From assembly GCF_051307035.1 (NCBI RefSeq), contig NZ_CP195536.1:630001-662000 (forward strand): a DNA stretch of 32,000 bases, read 5' to 3'. This document shows positions 29,621-32,000 of the stretch, piece after piece. This DNA is from Psychrobacter sp. DM4 (GTDB lineage Bacteria > Pseudomonadota > Gammaproteobacteria > Pseudomonadales > Moraxellaceae). The first letter of the stretch is position 1. Every line of letters begins with the position of its first letter. The notes beneath the pieces were generated by a model that worked only from the letters and a program-made list of their open reading frames with translations, was not told the DNA's origin and searched no databases. The position numbers were made by a program, and so were the translations under genes.

Positions 29621-29808
29621 TCTTATTCCTTTTGTTACACACTGATAATAAAATACTGTGTGAACGAGTGTAAACTCTAATAAATGGTGTTACAATGGCG
29701 CATACTTTTAGGCCAAAACCTTGTATCATTATGAGGTCTTATTGGATAGTATACAAAATAATGTTTTGCCAATTTTAAAAAATGATAGACAAAAAGGGAG
29801 AGATCTAT

Positions 29809-30045
29809 ATGAGTAATGATGTTGAATTAAGAGTAAAATCTGCGGTAGCTGAACAGCTAGGTATGAACGTTGAAGATGTCAAAAACGATGCTGCATTTAT
29901 GGAAGATTTAGGTGCTGATTCGTTAGACTTAGTTGAACTAGTCATGTCGTTTGAGAGTGATTTTGGTATTACTATTCCAGATGAAGATTCAGCAGAACTG
30001 ACTACAGTACAAAAAGCAATTGATTATGTACAGGCTCAGCTATAA
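29809..30045 (+). CDS. acpP: acyl carrier protein
   Basis: 78 aa with the phosphopantetheine site [20 protein letters not shown] lies upstream. The track start 29782 is an extension. Confidence 0.96.
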   Translation: MSNDVELRVKSAVAEQLGMNVEDVKNDAAFMEDLGADSLDLVELVMSFESDFGITIPDEDSAELTTVQKAIDYVQAQL

Positions 30046-30074
30046 TCGCTTTATAACTAATATGCTCTATTTAG

Positions 30075-30104
30075 CCGCTTATCTTTTAGATAGGCGGTTT
30101 TTTT
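30075..30104 (+). terminator. rho-independent terminator after acpP
   Basis: CCGCTTATCT (30075-30084) / AGATAGGCGG (30088-30097), one G-U pair, 3-nt loop, followed by TTTTTTT. Confidence 0.8.
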
Positions 30105-30258
30105 ATGTTTTATGTTCTTTAGAAAAAATACTTATAAGACTTGAGGTTTAACATTATTCAACATACCGTTACTATGCAAAGGTATCGGGTTTGCTATACT
30201 CGATAGCGCAAATAAAAGATGTATAAGGTATTAATAACAATAGCGAAGGAGCAACAAT

Positions 30259-30768
30259 ATGGGAATGTTCAGTTTTGCAAAGGATATAGGTGACAAAATT
30301 TTTAACCGTGATGATGACAAGCATGATGCTAAGACAGAAACAAAAGCTGAGGCTAATACGCAAGTAAAATCGAGCGAGCCATCAGCTCAGTCTGTAGCCA
30401 GTTTATTGCTACGCCGTATTCAGCAGCAAAACCTCGATATCAGTAATCTAAAAGTCAAATATAATGGCTCAACAGATACTGCTGAGATTAGTGGTGATGC
30501 AAAAACTCAAGCGGATCGCGAAAAAGCAATTATCGCCATCGGTAACGTTCAGAACGTTGCAAAAGTCATAGACAACATCAATATCGAAGAAGATGCGCCT
30601 GAGTCTACTATGTATACTGTAAAATCTGGTGATAGCTTATCTAAAATTGCACAGAATGTTTATGGCTCGTCTGGCGACTACATGAAAATATTTGAAGCCA
30701 ATAAACCTATGCTATCTGATCCAGATAAAATTTATCCTGGTCAAGTATTGCGTATTCCTAAGCCATAA
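30259..30768 (+). CDS. kbp: BON + LysM domain potassium-binding protein (Kbp/YgaU family)
   Basis: MGMFSFAKDIGDKIF... and the C-terminal YTVKSGDSLSKIAQNVYG...YMKIFEANKPMLSDPDKIYPGQVLRIP are nearly collinear with E. coli YgaU/Kbp. AAGGAG lies upstream. Confidence 0.9.
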   Translation: MGMFSFAKDIGDKIFNRDDDKHDAKTETKAEANTQVKSSEPSAQSVASLLLRRIQQQNLDISNLKVKYNGSTDTAEISGDAKTQADREKAIIAIGNVQNVAKVIDNINIEEDAPESTMYTVKSGDSLSKIAQNVYGSSGDYMKIFEANKPMLSDPDKIYPGQVLRIPKP

Positions 30769-30796
30769 GTAATAATCAGATTGATATAGACACACT

Positions 30797-30826
30797 AAAA
30801 ACGCCTCTTATAGTAAGGGGCGTTTA
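30797..30826. terminator. bidirectional terminator between kbp and queG (convergent)
   Basis: AAAA-ACGCCTCTTA-TAG-TAAGGGGCGT-TT: a 10-bp stem (one G-U pair). The T-run is clean on the minus strand (queG side) and interrupted on the plus strand. Confidence 0.65.
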
Positions 30827-30831
30827 TGGTT

Positions 30832-31977
30832 TTACATAGAGTATAACTTGCTGCGTTGTTCCTTAATTGCCCATCGAATGTGCTCATCGAGCATGTCGCC
30901 ATAAATAGCTAGCTTCGACTCAAGCTTATGTATCACTTTTTCGTCAGGAACAGCATTGCCTAAACCAATAGCAATGTTCCTCAAAAAACTAACGTAACCG
31001 GTACGCCTAAGCGGACTCCCTTCGGTGTTGCTCATAAAGTCAGCTTCCGTCCACTGCCATAGATCCAGTAAGCTACTACAATCTAAATGGTGCCTAGGTG
31101 CGAAGTCGTCTACGGTAGTCACCTTAGCATAGCGGTTCCAAGGGCAGATAAGCTGACAGTCATCACAGCCAAACACGCGGTTGCCTATAGCGCGGCGATA
31201 TTTGATGTCGATAGATCCCTTATGTTCAATAGTGAGATAGGAGATACAGGCTGCTGCGTTGAGCTTGTAAGGCGCAACGATAGCTTGAGTTGGGCAAATG
31301 TCGATACAAGCGCTACAACTGCCGCAATGAGCTTCTACAGGCTTGTCATCGGGTAGCTCAAGGCTGATGAAAAGTTCACCCAATACAAAAAAAGAGCCAG
31401 CTTGCTTGTTCAGTAGTAGCGTGTGCTTACCTGTCCAGCCAAGCCCAGCGGCATCAGCGATAGGTCGCTCAAATATAGGTGCTGAGTCACTAAACGGACG
31501 AAAAACAAAGGCTGCATCAGAGCCAAGATCTAAGTGTCGCCACTGCGGGAGCATCGCCTCAATCTGTAATGCTAACTGCTTGAGGCGTCCACGCATAGTT
31601 TTATGATAATCACGTCCACGGGCATAGCGAGCAATAATACCTTGATTAGGAAAGTCATCATCAGTGATGGCTCGCGGCGTTGGCGTTTGGGTCAAATAGT
31701 CCATGCGTACACTAAGAATAGTTTTGGCGCCTTCAACCAATTGCTCAGGATGCGCGCGTAGATGATGGTTGTTATGCATGAATTTGAGCTGCCCTTCAAA
31801 CCCTTTATCAAGCCACCGTTGTAGCTGCTCCAACTGCTGAGCAAACAGGGGATGATGTACAGACAAAAAGCCACAGTCAGCGAAGCCTAGAGATTTCGCT
31901 TGCGCCTTAATCCATTGTTTAACATCAAAGGCTGTCTTAAATGTCGTTAGGTTGGTTGGATTATCCATATTATTCAT
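30832..31977 (-). CDS. queG: epoxyqueuosine reductase
   Basis: 381 aa; two 4Fe-4S ferredoxin motifs (CGSCSACIDICP, CDDCQLICPWN), a cobalamin-binding N-terminal region and a HEAT-like C-terminus typical of QueG. Confidence 0.92.
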   Translation of the reverse strand: MNNMDNPTNLTTFKTAFDVKQWIKAQAKSLGFADCGFLSVHHPLFAQQLEQLQRWLDKGFEGQLKFMHNNHHLRAHPEQLVEGAKTILSVRMDYLTQTPTPRAITDDDFPNQGIIARYARGRDYHKTMRGRLKQLALQIEAMLPQWRHLDLGSDAAFVFRPFSDSAPIFERPIADAAGLGWTGKHTLLLNKQAGSFFVLGELFISLELPDDKPVEAHCGSCSACIDICPTQAIVAPYKLNAAACISYLTIEHKGSIDIKYRRAIGNRVFGCDDCQLICPWNRYAKVTTVDDFAPRHHLDCSSLLDLWQWTEADFMSNTEGSPLRRTGYVSFLRNIAIGLGNAVPDEKVIHKLESKLAIYGDMLDEHIRWAIKEQRSKLYSM

Positions 31978-32000
31978 AGCAATTTTATCTGGCGCAGATT

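Noticed and set aside
30172-30363. 63-aa hydrophobic minus-strand ORF overlapping the kbp start
   Set aside because: It is antisense to the kbp ribosome-binding site and N-terminus, has no Shine-Dalgarno, and is Cys/Leu/Ile-rich as expected from reverse-translating AT-rich DNA.
1-32000. Search for CRISPR repeats, IS/transposase, integrase, phage, toxin-antitoxin or defence-system genes, and for long repeats shared between distant parts of the window
   Set aside because: None seen. Gene content is almost entirely conserved housekeeping, and composition looks uniform by eye apart from the small gatA-gatB insert.

Overview
This is an ordinary core chromosomal segment of a gamma-proteobacterium. 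It looks Moraxellaceae/Psychrobacter-like, judged from protein idiosyncrasies, T/N/D/S-rich inserts and moderate-low GC; that is inference, not verified. Content in order: the 5' part of tRNA-Pro(GGG) on the minus strand; gatB, an unknown 112-aa ORF, gatA and gatC on the minus strand; divergently mreB-mreC-mreD-maf-rng on the plus strand; the complete S10-spc-alpha ribosomal cluster (28 genes, rpsJ to rplQ, including secY and rpoA); yciO and epmC on the minus strand; yceD-rpmF, fabD-fabG-acpP and kbp (BON/LysM) on the plus strand; queG on the minus strand. I found no CRISPR array, IS element, integrase, phage gene or recognisable defence gene. I do not see a convincing novel multi-gene system, because all but one ORF is a nameable housekeeping gene. 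Six things deserve a second look. (1) An unrecognisable 112-aa ORF plus about 340 bp of structured non-coding DNA splits gatA from gatB. (2) mreC is interrupted by a 1-nt frame change in a G5 run. (3) A 297-bp non-coding insert with an 18-bp hairpin separates rpsH from rplF inside the spc operon. (4) A perfect 12-bp inverted repeat brackets the gatB/tRNA-Pro spacer. (5) 15-bp tandem repeats lie upstream of mreD. (6) Small palindromes and direct repeats lie between rpmF and fabD. All are modest, sequence-level curiosities, and several may be assembly or lineage noise.
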